A DNA stretch of 64,000 bases from Candidatus Zixiibacteriota bacterium (GCA_030615745.1 JAUWYR010000002.1:15522-79521); one strand, 5' to 3'. Numbered from the stretch's first letter, positions 41,275 through 51,735 are shown. Numbers and translations: made by a program. The notes: generated by a model from the letters alone, not told the origin.

Positions 41275-43410
41275 ATGTTAGGTTTTTTAAATCCCTTAAT
41301 TTTACTTGCCACTCCAGCTACATTGATACCGCTTCTTATCCACATATTTAATCGCAGGAGATTAAAGAAGTTAGATTTCAGCTCGATTCAGCTTTTAAAA
41401 TCTTTTGAGAAGACCAAGCTTAAAAGGATAAGATTAAAGGAGCTTCTTCTTCTTTTATTGCGCTGTTTGATAATCTTTTTAGTTGTGATGGCATTTGCTC
41501 GCCCTACCTGGAAAGGTAGCTTAGAGACTTTTGGCTCTTCTGCACAGACATCCGCAGTGATTTTACTCGATAACTCTTTTAGCACAAAATTCGAGACCAA
41601 AGAAGGCAGCATTTTTGAGATTGGCAAAAAAAGGGCAAAAGAACTTTTAACTATTTTTGGAGAAAAAGATGAAATTAGCCTGGTTGTTTTCAACTCTGAG
41701 TTAGAGCTTTTGACCTCTGAGCCGAGTTCAGATATAAAAGCTTTAAAAAACTTGATAAAAGAGGTCTCTTCATCTTTTTTCTCGACTGATATAAAAAAAG
41801 CATTGTCTTTTGCAAAGGAAAGACTGAAAAGCTCAAAGAATCTTAACAAGGAGATATATCTTTTATCAGACCTTCAAAGAGCTGGATGGTTGGGCAAAAA
41901 TTTATCTTCTATCGGTGATGAGAGTATGCGTATGCCGAAGGTCAAGAGACATCAAGAGATCGGTATCGATCAAGAGATAAGGTTATATGTGGTTGGGTTG
42001 TGGGAGGAGAAGAAAAAAAATGTTGGGATAGTCAAAACAGGTTTTGGGGAAGAGTTAATCCTCAAAAACAGGCCCTTCAGGTTAAATGCTAAACTCCGTA
42101 ATTTTTCCCAAGAACCACAAAAAGACCTTTTGGTGGCTTTGTATTTAGATAAAAAAAGGGTGAGTCAGACAGACATTGTTCTTGAGCCTCAAAGCGACTT
42201 TGATTTAGGATTTGTTCAATCGGAGGACGATGTTGGACTGCATCACGGTTTTTTCGAGATAGAGGATGATGAGCTTTTAGTTGATAACAGAAGATATTTT
42301 GTCTTTTATGTTCCTGAAAAAATTAAAGTCTTAATTTTAGGTGAAAATTTAGGTGATAACTATTATCTCAATTTAGCATTAAACCCAACTGAGGAGAAAA
42401 ATTGGCACTTTGAGATCAACTCAACCACCTTGAAATCATTTAAAAAGCCATCATTTTCCGAATATGATGTTGTTATTTTATCCAATGTGAAAAGTTTAAA
42501 CTCAAGTCAATTAAATAACTTAGAGACTTTTATAAAAAGTGGTGGTGGTCTTGTTTTAGGGTTGAATAAAAAAATCGATTTCGAATTTTATAACCAGAAG
42601 ATAATGAGTAAATTTTTTGGCACAAAGATTTCAAAAATTAACTCCTCAAAAAAGAAAGGATTTTTCCCTTTGGGCAAAATAGATTTTGACCATCCTATAT
42701 TTCAGGTATACAAAGATGAAAAGGAAATCCCTATGGTCAAATTCTACTATTATTTCGATTGCCCCGAGAAAAGAGGTTTAAAAGTTTTAGTTAGATTGAG
42801 AAACGAAAAGCCAATTCTTTTGGAGAAAAGCTATGGCTTAGGTAAAATTTTAGTTTTTTTGAGTTCCTTTGACTCAGATGGAAATGATTTAGTCCTGCAC
42901 ACTTTCTTTGTTCCTTTTGTTCATCGCTGTGTTGAATATCTGAGCAAAACTCGGTTCAGTCTGGGATTTGATAAAGATCTTTTAGTGGGAACTAAAATCG
43001 AAAGGGAGCTTGACCCATCCTTTTTTGGAAAAAAGATCAAATTGGTTGAGCCTCAAAAAAAAGAATTTTTTTTAAAACCAGATTTTGTTCAACAAAAATT
43101 GAAAGTGAGAACACCCAAAACCTCTTTGCCAGGGATATATTCTATATTAGCTGATAGCTTAACTGTTGACCGGTTCGCTCTGAATGTGGACCCTTCGGAG
43201 TCCGATTTAGAGGTTTTAAAAGATAAGGAGATAAAAAAGATATTAAAAGGGTGGAACATAATCTTTATAAATCCTCAAGATGACATTTTAGAGAGGATAA
43301 AAAGTTCACGTTACGGAAGGGAGTTGGGAAAAGTTTTTTTGTGGTCAGCCTTTTTCCTTTTGTTTTTGGAGCTTTTTTTATCGAGGACAAAAGGAGAAGA
43401 AAAGTATTAA
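41275..43410 (+). CDS. BatA-domain / vWA protein
   Basis: FLNP..PLLIH..FSS..LRCL..AFARP; LDNSFS; ESDL motifs. Confidence 0.9.
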   Translation: MLGFLNPLILLATPATLIPLLIHIFNRRRLKKLDFSSIQLLKSFEKTKLKRIRLKELLLLLLRCLIIFLVVMAFARPTWKGSLETFGSSAQTSAVILLDNSFSTKFETKEGSIFEIGKKRAKELLTIFGEKDEISLVVFNSELELLTSEPSSDIKALKNLIKEVSSSFFSTDIKKALSFAKERLKSSKNLNKEIYLLSDLQRAGWLGKNLSSIGDESMRMPKVKRHQEIGIDQEIRLYVVGLWEEKKKNVGIVKTGFGEELILKNRPFRLNAKLRNFSQEPQKDLLVALYLDKKRVSQTDIVLEPQSDFDLGFVQSEDDVGLHHGFFEIEDDELLVDNRRYFVFYVPEKIKVLILGENLGDNYYLNLALNPTEEKNWHFEINSTTLKSFKKPSFSEYDVVILSNVKSLNSSQLNNLETFIKSGGGLVLGLNKKIDFEFYNQKIMSKFFGTKISKINSSKKKGFFPLGKIDFDHPIFQVYKDEKEIPMVKFYYYFDCPEKRGLKVLVRLRNEKPILLEKSYGLGKILVFLSSFDSDGNDLVLHTFFVPFVHRCVEYLSKTRFSLGFDKDLLVGTKIERELDPSFFGKKIKLVEPQKKEFFLKPDFVQQKLKVRTPKTSLPGIYSILADSLTVDRFALNVDPSESDLEVLKDKEIKKILKGWNIIFINPQDDILERIKSSRYGRELGKVFLWSAFFLLFLELFLSRTKGEEKY
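41927..41977 (+). repeat. Triple nested/tandem CAAGAG insertion (51 nt, in frame)
   Basis: TGCGTATGC[CGAAGGTCAAGAGAC]ATCAAGAGA + TCGGTATCGATCAAGAGA. Confidence 0.9.
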
Positions 43411-43418
43411 ATAAAAAA

Positions 43419-43550
43419 TGGGGTTGTTGCCGAAGTCTACAAATGTCACCCTGAACGAAGTGAAGGGTCTTTTATTTCGTGGGAAAAATGAGATTCTTCC
43501 CCCGCCAAAGGCGGGGTCAGAATGACACAATGGGGTTGAGCAACAGCCCA
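43419..43550. repeat. Composite palindromic element
   Basis: GTCACCCTGAACGAAGTGAAGGGTCT..GAGATTCTTC[CCCCGCCAAAGGCGGGG]TCAGAATGAC inside GGGTTGTTGC/GCAACAGCCC arms. Confidence 0.75.
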
Positions 43551-43551
43551 A

Positions 43552-44760
43552 ATGTCGCGGATGTTGAGTAAAAAAAGCTTTGATTTTAAAGATAGATATG
43601 CTTTAAGGTTAAATGTGCTTGAACCATATCTTTTCTGTAAGTTGGCTGAAGCGAAAAAGAGGTCAAAAAAAGAATTAATCGATTTAGGTGCAGGAGACCC
43701 TGACCTTTTCCCTCCAAAAAAGATAATTGAAACTATAAAAAAGGAGGCTTTAAAACCAGAAAATCATCGCCATCCTGTTTATGAGGGTATTTGGGAGCTG
43801 AAGGAAGCCATAGTTGAGTGGTTTTATCAAAGATTCAGGGTGAAACTTGATCCTAAAAAAGAGGTTTTGGTCTTAGCTGGTTCAAAAGAGGGTCTTGGTC
43901 TTATAAGCTGGGCTATTTTGAATCGAGGTGAGGAGGCTTTAGTTCCTGATCCAGGATATCCGATCTACAGAAGGTCTGTTCTACTTTGTGGTGGCAAGCC
44001 AGTTTTTTTCCCTCTCTTAGAAAAGAATGATTGGCTTTTAGATTTTGAAAAAATAAAGATTGGACCAAAGACCAAGCTTTTATTTCTAAATTATCCTCAT
44101 AATCCGACTGGAGCGGTTCTGGATTCAGATTTTTTTGAAAAAATATATTCTTTTGCTAAAAAAAACCAGATTATTGTGTGTAATGATATGGCATATTCGG
44201 AAATCACTTTCGATGGTTACATCTCCCCGAGCTTTTTGCAGATAAAAGGTGCAAAAAATCTCTGTCTTGAGTTTTATTCATTTTCCAAGACCTATTCTAT
44301 GAGCGGATGGAGGCTTGGATTTGTGGTGGGGAATAGAGATTTGATCGATGCGCTATTTAAGGTTAAGGTTACTTCTAACTCAGGAGTTTTTCACCTGATT
44401 CAGAAGGCGGGAATAACAGCTTTGAGACTTCCAAAAAAAGAGGTCGAAAAGATAAAAGAGATTTATCAGAAGAGGAGAGATATTTTAACTGATGGATTGA
44501 TGAGGCTTGGTTGGAAGGTGAAAAGACCGAAAGGGACGATCTACCTCTGGGCAAAGATTCCGAATTTTTCTTCTAAAAAAAGAGATTCAAAAAAGTTCTG
44601 TTTGAATCTGCTCAAAAAAAAAGGAATTTTAACCACACCGGGCGCAGGCTTTGGTGAAAACGGGGAGGGATGGGTTCGTTTTTCCCTGACCACTAAAGTT
44701 GAAAATATAAATCGGGCTTTGAAAAGAATGGAAAAATTTGATTTTCAGGAGTTAAATTGA
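43552..44760 (+). CDS. PLP-dependent class I/II aminotransferase (DapL/DapC-like)
   Basis: NYPHNPTG, DMAY and SFSKTYSMSGWRLG motifs. Confidence 0.9.
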   Translation: MSRMLSKKSFDFKDRYALRLNVLEPYLFCKLAEAKKRSKKELIDLGAGDPDLFPPKKIIETIKKEALKPENHRHPVYEGIWELKEAIVEWFYQRFRVKLDPKKEVLVLAGSKEGLGLISWAILNRGEEALVPDPGYPIYRRSVLLCGGKPVFFPLLEKNDWLLDFEKIKIGPKTKLLFLNYPHNPTGAVLDSDFFEKIYSFAKKNQIIVCNDMAYSEITFDGYISPSFLQIKGAKNLCLEFYSFSKTYSMSGWRLGFVVGNRDLIDALFKVKVTSNSGVFHLIQKAGITALRLPKKEVEKIKEIYQKRRDILTDGLMRLGWKVKRPKGTIYLWAKIPNFSSKKRDSKKFCLNLLKKKGILTTPGAGFGENGEGWVRFSLTTKVENINRALKRMEKFDFQELN

Positions 44761-45671
44761 GCAAAAAAGTTTTTGAGGAGATAAAAAGCTTAATCACAGA
44801 AAGTCCTAATCCAGAGACCGAAAATATCGATTCAAAATCGACCAAAAAGATTTTAGAGTTGATAAACAAAGAGGACCAGAAGATAGCAAAAGAGGTAAAA
44901 AAAACAATACCACAGATAGTAAAGGGTGTTGACCTTATTGTGTCATCACTTAAGGGCGGTGGGAGACTTTTTTATATAGGTGCCGGGACAAGTGGAAGGC
45001 TTGGAGTCCTGGATTCTGCTGAGTGTCCCCCCACTTTCGGAACAGACCCAAAAAAGATTTCGGGGATAATAGCTGGAGGATATAAAACCTTAGTCAGGTC
45101 AAAAGAGGGAGTGGAGGATGACTTCTCCTCTGGTGAGGAGGATTTGAAAAAGAGAAATCTAAATAAATGCGATGTGGTCGTTGGAATAGCTGCTTCCAGA
45201 AGAACACCTTATGTCTTAGGTGCTTTAAAATATGCTAAAAAAATTAAAGCTAAAACCATTTTTTTGTTCTGTAATCCCTCGTCTCAACTTGAAATCAAGC
45301 CCGATGTTGTTATCTCCCCTGTTTTGGGCCCGGAGGTTATCGCTGGCTCCACTCGAATGAAGGCAGGGACAGCACAGAAGCTTATTTTAAATATGCTCTC
45401 AACCTGTGCTATGATTAAGCTCGGGAAAGTCTATAAAAATTTAATGGTAGACCTCCAGGCAAAAAGCAAAAAGCTTGAAGAACGCTCCAAAAGGATAATA
45501 ATGATTTTAACTGGTTTGGATTATGAAAAAGCAGGAGTGTATCTGAAAAAGGCTGATGGAAAAGTGAAAAAAGCTTTGTTGATGATTCTGGCTAAAGTCG
45601 ATAAAAAGGAAGCGGAAAAGAGATTGAAAAAATCTATGGGCTTTGTGAGGGAAGCTTTGGAAGAAAAGTAA
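44757..45671 (+). CDS. murQ: N-acetylmuramic acid 6-phosphate etherase
   Basis: GAGTSGRLGVLD..ECPPTFG and GSTRMKAGTAQK motifs. Confidence 0.96.
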   Translation: MSKKVFEEIKSLITESPNPETENIDSKSTKKILELINKEDQKIAKEVKKTIPQIVKGVDLIVSSLKGGGRLFYIGAGTSGRLGVLDSAECPPTFGTDPKKISGIIAGGYKTLVRSKEGVEDDFSSGEEDLKKRNLNKCDVVVGIAASRRTPYVLGALKYAKKIKAKTIFLFCNPSSQLEIKPDVVISPVLGPEVIAGSTRMKAGTAQKLILNMLSTCAMIKLGKVYKNLMVDLQAKSKKLEERSKRIIMILTGLDYEKAGVYLKKADGKVKKALLMILAKVDKKEAEKRLKKSMGFVREALEEK

Positions 45672-45705
45672 AAAATCCCGATTTAAAAAGAAAAGGTATT
45701 TATGG

Positions 45706-45785
45706 TATTATCTCCCCATCTCCAACCATTTTTAACCTTAAAAGTATCTCCATCAATTACTTCGCTCACCGTAAATTCTGCCTTC
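45706..45785 (-). pseudogene. Truncated second thermonuclease gene at the island edge
   Basis: AEFTVSEVIDGDTFKVKNGWRWGD resembles the N-terminus of 1308-1592. Confidence 0.7.
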
Positions 45786-45791
45786 GCCCCC

Positions 45792-46085
45792 CTATTGTTT
45801 TATTTTTTTCTGCATTTTCTTATTTACAGATTCACGGCCTAAGTAGACATTGGCGACTGCTCTGCCATATTTATCACGACTAACAGTATCAATTCTTACT
45901 TCCTCTCCCTCAATCATCCTACTAAGAGCCTCTTTTGTTTTAGCAGAACCACGCTGTCCTTTCTCTGGGGCATCTACATTCGCAAGCCTTACAGGGTTCT
46001 TTCGGCTGGCTGTTTCAAATGTATCGCCATCGATAATCTTTGTAACTTTTTCCTTTCTTGCCATTATTTTACTCCTTTCTATCAA
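45792..46085 (-). CDS. Small thermonuclease (SNase-like) family protein
   Basis: IIDGDTF, VRLANVDAPE and DKYGR motifs. Confidence 0.88.
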   Translation of the reverse strand: MIERSKIMARKEKVTKIIDGDTFETASRKNPVRLANVDAPEKGQRGSAKTKEALSRMIEGEEVRIDTVSRDKYGRAVANVYLGRESVNKKMQKKIKQ

Positions 46086-48910
46086 ATAAATAATGTTCCT
46101 TGGGCTTGGGCGATGATTTGATCACAAAGTCCCTGGCATAAAGGAACGAGTGCCTCAAATCCTAATCCCTGGTTATTCTTAAATAACCCTTCCGATAATA
46201 ATAGATATTCCCACATCTGAGGTTGACTATAATCAGATGGAGAGAAAACTGTTGAAGCCTGCTCACACCACGCCATCGCTGCTCGCACTTTTACTGCCAC
46301 ATTCGGACTACCTATGTCTTTGTCGGCTTTTGTTTCTACCAAATACATTTTATCTTTTGTTTTTACAATAAAGTCTACTTCGTAATTTCTCAAAATACCT
46401 GTATGGTCTCGATATGTTATCTTCAATCTATGTCGCCTATCCAGTTTGGAATAGGAAAGAACTTCTGTTGAAGGATTAAGAATCTTAAGCATGAAATCTC
46501 GTTCAAAACCACCGCCTTTAATTTGGTAGCCAATCCGGGGATAGATACTTTTATCAGTCTCTACAGATTTACTTTCTCTAACCATGACTCTTGGGACTTC
46601 CGACAGTTTCCCCCATACACCTTTTACCTCATATTTGTATCCTTCGATTAATTTCACGATTGCTTGATTAATAGTTTGAACAATATGGTCATAGACAAGA
46701 ATGTAATTCAAAACCGAGTAGTTCTCCTGCTTAGTAAAGTCGACAGATTCACCAAAACAATAATCCGTAACATAATCATCTATAAGCTGGGCGATTTCTG
46801 CCTGCTTTGCAGTAAGAATTGATTCTTTACCTCTTGTCGCTACTGCTCTGGATGCTTGTCTCAGGAAATATGAATAATCAAAATACTCATTATCCAGTTT
46901 CCATGTCTTTGTTTTTTTACCGCTTTCCACATGTATTTCCTGAATTATCAATTTTGAAAGCCAATTTTTCAGTTGCTGAAAATCACCGCTATATTTAGGA
47001 AGGCTACTAATGTCTATTTGTGAAAGTTCCGGCATGCGTCCTTCATCGAAAACTTGAATCGGCCAAGCAATATCATATTCCTTAATTCTTTCTGTTACTG
47101 CATCGACTGGCATTATATCACCAGTAGAAGTTGTACCACTGGAATCACCACCACCTATGATGTATCCTTCTTGTTTCAGGCTCTCATAGAACTCACGGAA
47201 TCTTGGATGTTCAACAACAAAAAGAAAGTCTAAAGAGTTGGAAGGTATCTTATTTTTTCGGATTTCAAGGAAGGCTTCTTTCTTTGCTTCCTGCAATTCG
47301 GGGAAACCATATCCAGGGAACATAAGTCTCAAACCTCTCCCTACAATCTGCTCTAAAAGAAGATCTGCCTCAGTTGCCCTTAAAACCACAGTTACACAGA
47401 TATTGTTTTTGTCAAACCCTTCCCGCAGCATCAGCACAGAGACAACCACCCTGAGCGAATCATCATCAATATCAATTCTATCAAGCCTTTTCCTAGCGTT
47501 TTCCAGAGTGGTGCCGTGCCTCGCCTCGGTAAGGTCAGAGTGAATTACCATTACTTGGTCATCATCATAGTAGTTTCCATTCTCATCAGTTAGTGTGGCG
47601 AAATGGTCTTTGGTCAAATCTGCAACTCTTGTGTCTTCACATAGCACCATCATTACAGGTTTTTTCTCAAGTCCTTTTTGCTTAAACTCCGAAGCTAATT
47701 GTTCCAGTTTCAAACGACCGATTTCCAAGAGAAGTTTCTGACCAGCAGAAAGAGACTTAATTTCACCACGTCGATGTCCCCCTTCAGGCTCGTATCTCTC
47801 TGCCCGAAAGTCAAGATCATCCAATGACTCACCGCCAATAGACTGACGCTCTTCCAGAAAGAGTTGTTTAACTAACATATCCTGCATTGCTGTTCTCAAC
47901 TCGTAGTCATAGACAATATGAGGAAAGTATTCTCTCTTCTCAGCACTTCCATAAAATGGAGTTGCCGAGTAGTCTATTTGGATAAATGGTCCAAAGCCAT
48001 CTTCGTGACGTTCTTTTAATCTCTCGTAAAGTGCATTCATAAACTGGCGCCAGACCAATTCTTCTCCAGTAGCAGTTTTTTTTCCATGAACATGATGAGC
48101 CTCGTCATTCATTACAATCAGATCAGGATATTGTGAAAGAAAATCGAGGATAATTTCCCCTCGGGGCATCTCCTCCACATCCTCACCAGTATACTGAGCC
48201 CAGAGATTCTGGGCACCGGTCTTAAGGCGAAACTGCTGCCAGTTTGTAATATAGACAAAAGGACCATCCGGAGGAGTTGTGTTGGAATTAACATCTTGCG
48301 GTTCAAATATCTCCCAATGGAATCTATCTCTCCAACGTGCTCCTTCTGGCATAAATAAAGAAAGTTTATAATCAGAGGTCTCTGGATTTCGATTCCCGGT
48401 TTTAAGGTCTCTCTTACCTCTAAAAGAATCAAGTAGTCGATCCAAGACTTCACGTCCTGGGGTAACTACCAGAAAACGAAAAGAATAATTACCTTTTTCG
48501 TCATTTATCTTATTGAAATACTGCCAGATAAGTAAAGCCGCCAAGACCCAGGTTTTGCCTGAACCTGTTGCCATTTTTACAGCATATTTTGGAAACGATA
48601 TAGTTTCAACTTCCTGTTTTAAGGGAAGGTGTAGGTAAAGTGTTTCGGGTGCTACTCGTTCAAAAAGTCCCTGCAAATTTCCTGGATTTAATATCTCATA
48701 ACAATAGACTATTGTCTCAATTGCTTGCTTTTGACAGGGGTAAAAACATTCTCCACCCTCTGCATCCCGATTAAACCAGTAATTAAAAAGTTCAAGTGTA
48801 GTCTGGGTAATACCCGGCCAACCCTCGTCAACCCAGGCTTTAACCTCTCCTTCTAGGACTTGAGCTAAATACATCTGAGAAAAAGCTTCGTTATCTTTTT
48901 TCTTAACCAT
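46082..48910 (-). CDS. Type III-like restriction enzyme Res subunit (SF2 helicase + nuclease)
   Basis: MATGSGKT, NDEAHH, EQIVGRGLR and VDF..LVETK motifs. Confidence 0.88.
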   Translation of the reverse strand: MVKKKDNEAFSQMYLAQVLEGEVKAWVDEGWPGITQTTLELFNYWFNRDAEGGECFYPCQKQAIETIVYCYEILNPGNLQGLFERVAPETLYLHLPLKQEVETISFPKYAVKMATGSGKTWVLAALLIWQYFNKINDEKGNYSFRFLVVTPGREVLDRLLDSFRGKRDLKTGNRNPETSDYKLSLFMPEGARWRDRFHWEIFEPQDVNSNTTPPDGPFVYITNWQQFRLKTGAQNLWAQYTGEDVEEMPRGEIILDFLSQYPDLIVMNDEAHHVHGKKTATGEELVWRQFMNALYERLKERHEDGFGPFIQIDYSATPFYGSAEKREYFPHIVYDYELRTAMQDMLVKQLFLEERQSIGGESLDDLDFRAERYEPEGGHRRGEIKSLSAGQKLLLEIGRLKLEQLASEFKQKGLEKKPVMMVLCEDTRVADLTKDHFATLTDENGNYYDDDQVMVIHSDLTEARHGTTLENARKRLDRIDIDDDSLRVVVSVLMLREGFDKNNICVTVVLRATEADLLLEQIVGRGLRLMFPGYGFPELQEAKKEAFLEIRKNKIPSNSLDFLFVVEHPRFREFYESLKQEGYIIGGGDSSGTTSTGDIMPVDAVTERIKEYDIAWPIQVFDEGRMPELSQIDISSLPKYSGDFQQLKNWLSKLIIQEIHVESGKKTKTWKLDNEYFDYSYFLRQASRAVATRGKESILTAKQAEIAQLIDDYVTDYCFGESVDFTKQENYSVLNYILVYDHIVQTINQAIVKLIEGYKYEVKGVWGKLSEVPRVMVRESKSVETDKSIYPRIGYQIKGGGFERDFMLKILNPSTEVLSYSKLDRRHRLKITYRDHTGILRNYEVDFIVKTKDKMYLVETKADKDIGSPNVAVKVRAAMAWCEQASTVFSPSDYSQPQMWEYLLLSEGLFKNNQGLGFEALVPLCQGLCDQIIAQAQGTLFI

Positions 48911-48918
48911 AGTATCTC

Positions 48919-50913
48919 CTACACTTCAATTGTTGCTCCTGCATCGTTACCAAAGATATCTACTACACGCACAGCAATGGTTCTCTTTTTTTTCTTATCT
49001 AATGTTTCTGTTGCTGCAGTTGGCACTGTTTTAGCTTTTTTACCATTACCTCTAAATGCTTGCCACCCGCTTTTGAAAGTAAATCCATCATAATCCCAAT
49101 CAACTGCCCAGTAATCTATTAATACGGCAAAATTATCCTTGGCAAGTTTCATTAGTGCATTGTAAGTCTCTTGTTCTTTCTTTGATGTATGGCTAACGGG
49201 GATATCCATCAACACATATCGCTTTATGGCAAGCCTTATCTGAACCTTTCCGTCTTCTAAGTCTTTCATCTCTGGCTCATTCATCCGCAGATAAGGTCTT
49301 TCATAAAAACGCACCTTGTCAGCAAGTGCTTCAATATCTTCTTCAGTTTTGGCTTTCTTAAGGTAATCATATATGTCTGGAGGAATATCCCGGCTCTCAA
49401 TTTGAACTTTCAATTTATCTCTTAAGGCACTCTTACGGGACTCTAATGCTTGATGGTAATTATATTCATAATCCCAGCCAAGTATAACTAATCTTCTGTA
49501 ACCTCTGCCGTCTAATTTTTGTGCCTGAAGTGCAAGCTCTTCTGCTTTCTTTGCAGTAATGGGGCGGTCGGGATAACCAACATATATCAATTCCTCAATG
49601 TCATTTACCTTACGAACACCAAGACCGCTTGTTTTATCTCTCGGAGTTGCACCGTAAAGTTTCAGAATCAGATGTTGCATCTCCCAGATTCTACCGCCAG
49701 TAAGATAAATCATTTCTCGCTGATAATTGCCGATATTTTCAATTAGAAATGGCTTTGCCTGCTGTTCCACAAGACGAGCACGAGTTACCTGAATTCCAAC
49801 TTTACCAAGTTCACAACCGATCCAGCGACGATTAAGTTTTTCTGCAACAGCAAGGGTAGTACCTGAACCGGAGAAGAAGTCGGCAACAAGGTCGCTTTCG
49901 TTAGATGAGGCTTTGAGGATGCGTTCAAGAAGTGCAGAGGGCTTTTGGGTGTTGAATCCCGTATTCTCTGATGCACTGGCAGCCAAACCCAACGAGGCGA
50001 TGTCATCCCACACGTCAGCAAGTTTCTTGTGACGGATGACATTTCCCTGTTCATCGGTGTGAACGAAGTGCTTTATCCTTATTTTCCCGCTTGACGTTCT
50101 TAGAACTCTTCCTTCGGCTTCTAATCTTCTTACGCTTTCCGCGGAATAGTCGCCTTTTGGAGTTGTATAGAAATATCTACCTTGATCATCCCGACGGTAA
50201 TGAGTTTTCGCCAACGGTTCTTTTTTCTCAAAGTACATCTCTCCACCAAACACAGCGTCTGCATCCTTAGCGTATCTCAATATTATGTCGTGTTTCGTTG
50301 CAAACCGAACTGGGCTTGGAGACTGAGGACCTTCATACCGCCATACAACTTCGTTCAGAAAGTTAGCCTTGCCAAAGATTTCGTCTAAGACTACCTTCAC
50401 ATAGTGCCCAACGTGCCACGCAATGTGTAAGTATAGGCTCCCATCTTCCGCCAGCAATCGTTTCATAAGCTGCAACCTTGGATAAAGCATATCAAGATAA
50501 GAATCAGTGCCACCTGCCCAGGTATCTTTGTAGGCAAGGCGTTCAATCACAGAGGGTTCTTTAGTAAACTCATTCCCTTCTATTGTCATCTTGTGAGAAT
50601 AATCTGCTTTGCTGTCAAAAGGCGGGTCAATATAGATAAGATTTATTTTCCCTTCATACCCTTGTGCAAGAAGTGCCTGCATTGCCAGAAGATTATCGCC
50701 CCAAATAAGACGATTCATTTTTTGCTTATCAATGTCTTCTTCGCCAAATAAACCGTCTCGGAAAGATAGAGGAAGTTGTCCAGCTTGCTGGGGATTAGGA
50801 ATTACCACCTCTGCAGTTTGAAATTCTATATCTTTTGGGTTAGGAGCTCTTCTGGGTTTCGTATCCCACACTAACCTTGCAGAATCTTTTTTTCTATGTT
50901 GATTATTAGCCAT
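48919..50913 (-). CDS. Type III-like Mod adenine methyltransferase
   Basis: IYIDPPF, TQKP and DFFSGSGTT motifs. Confidence 0.9.
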   Translation of the reverse strand: MANNQHRKKDSARLVWDTKPRRAPNPKDIEFQTAEVVIPNPQQAGQLPLSFRDGLFGEEDIDKQKMNRLIWGDNLLAMQALLAQGYEGKINLIYIDPPFDSKADYSHKMTIEGNEFTKEPSVIERLAYKDTWAGGTDSYLDMLYPRLQLMKRLLAEDGSLYLHIAWHVGHYVKVVLDEIFGKANFLNEVVWRYEGPQSPSPVRFATKHDIILRYAKDADAVFGGEMYFEKKEPLAKTHYRRDDQGRYFYTTPKGDYSAESVRRLEAEGRVLRTSSGKIRIKHFVHTDEQGNVIRHKKLADVWDDIASLGLAASASENTGFNTQKPSALLERILKASSNESDLVADFFSGSGTTLAVAEKLNRRWIGCELGKVGIQVTRARLVEQQAKPFLIENIGNYQREMIYLTGGRIWEMQHLILKLYGATPRDKTSGLGVRKVNDIEELIYVGYPDRPITAKKAEELALQAQKLDGRGYRRLVILGWDYEYNYHQALESRKSALRDKLKVQIESRDIPPDIYDYLKKAKTEEDIEALADKVRFYERPYLRMNEPEMKDLEDGKVQIRLAIKRYVLMDIPVSHTSKKEQETYNALMKLAKDNFAVLIDYWAVDWDYDGFTFKSGWQAFRGNGKKAKTVPTAATETLDKKKKRTIAVRVVDIFGNDAGATIEV

Positions 50914-50938
50914 AGTAATCTCCCTACTTTTTAGTCCT

Positions 50939-51064
50939 TTAGATATTCTTAATATTTTTCAAGCCAATTTTATCAGCCATTTCCAACTGAGCAAATTGTC
51001 CTTGAGTAAGGTCAAGCTTTTTCCTGAGTTCTTTAATCAAATTTGATACATCTTTATTTTTCAT
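50939..51064 (-). pseudogene. XRE HTH regulator, apparently with an internal deletion (41 aa)
   Basis: LIKELRKKLDLTQGQFAQ joined directly to LEMADKIG; recognition helix missing. Confidence 0.55.
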
Positions 51065-51238
51065 GACTGTACTCGAGACAATATTCAACGTATAAGATTC
51101 TATGAAGTATTATATAGAATTTTAATGCAAAGTCAAAACTTTTTGTTTTGGTTGTCAATAGGGGCTAAAGGAGCAAGTGATATTGTCCGTGCTTCTAGAT
51201 GTAATACGTGAAAATTCCCGATTTAAAAAAAGATAATA

Positions 51239-51487
51239 ATGGGAAAACAAAAAGGCAGACCAATAAAATATGTTCCTTTGAGAACCCTTCCTTCACGGCT
51301 TTATGCTTTGATGTTGAAGGAAGCATTAGCAAAACATAAAATTCCATCGATAGTCAAAGGTGATGATGTGGGGATTATGTTAGGCAGTTATTCTACCACC
51401 TCCCCGGTTGAGGTTTCCATCTGGGTTCCTGAAAAGGACAAAAAAAGATGTGAAGAGATAGCTGATCAGATGTTCGACCATATATGA
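51239..51487 (+). CDS. DUF2007-like small protein
   Basis: ALMLKEALAKHKIPS..VSIWVPEKD pattern. Confidence 0.7.
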   Translation: MGKQKGRPIKYVPLRTLPSRLYALMLKEALAKHKIPSIVKGDDVGIMLGSYSTTSPVEVSIWVPEKDKKRCEEIADQMFDHI

Positions 51488-51490
51488 TTT

Positions 51491-51707
51491 TCGGTATCGA
51501 TCAAGAGATTTGTTCTTTTTCTGGTCAAAGCCCCGTTTTTAATCGGGGTTTTTTTATTTTAGATAATACAAAAAATAGGATAAATACCGATAATAAAATG
51601 AAGAGTAAGCAGTAGACAGTAGGCAGATGAGATTTTTGGAGTGTCAAGCTTTAGCTTGACTGGATAGTGGCTCTTGTTAGTGCGGGAAATCCAATTCCCG
51701 CACTAAC
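51491..51707. repeat. CAAGAG insertion (51491-51509), terminator-like hairpin, 7-mers and REP-like palindromes
   Basis: AAGCCCCG..CGGGGTTT+T run; GTCAAGCT-TT-AGCTTGAC; GTTAGTGCGGGAA..TTCCCGCACTAAC. Confidence 0.75.
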
Positions 51708-51735
51708 ATAAACATATTCTCAAAATAGTGTTTTT

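Larger units (their letters stand above)
45668..51242 (-). mobile_element. Type III-like RM island bracketed by degenerate direct repeats (45668-45705, 51208-51242)
   Basis: GTAAAAAATCCCGATTTAAAAAGAAAAGGTATTTATGG versus GTGAAAATTCCCGATTTAAAAAAAGATAATAATGG; genes run opposite to the flanks. Confidence 0.7.

Noticed and set aside
18829-51509. Identical 19-mers as CRISPR repeats
   Set aside because: Dispersed over 33 kb, too short, no regular spacers and no cas genes.
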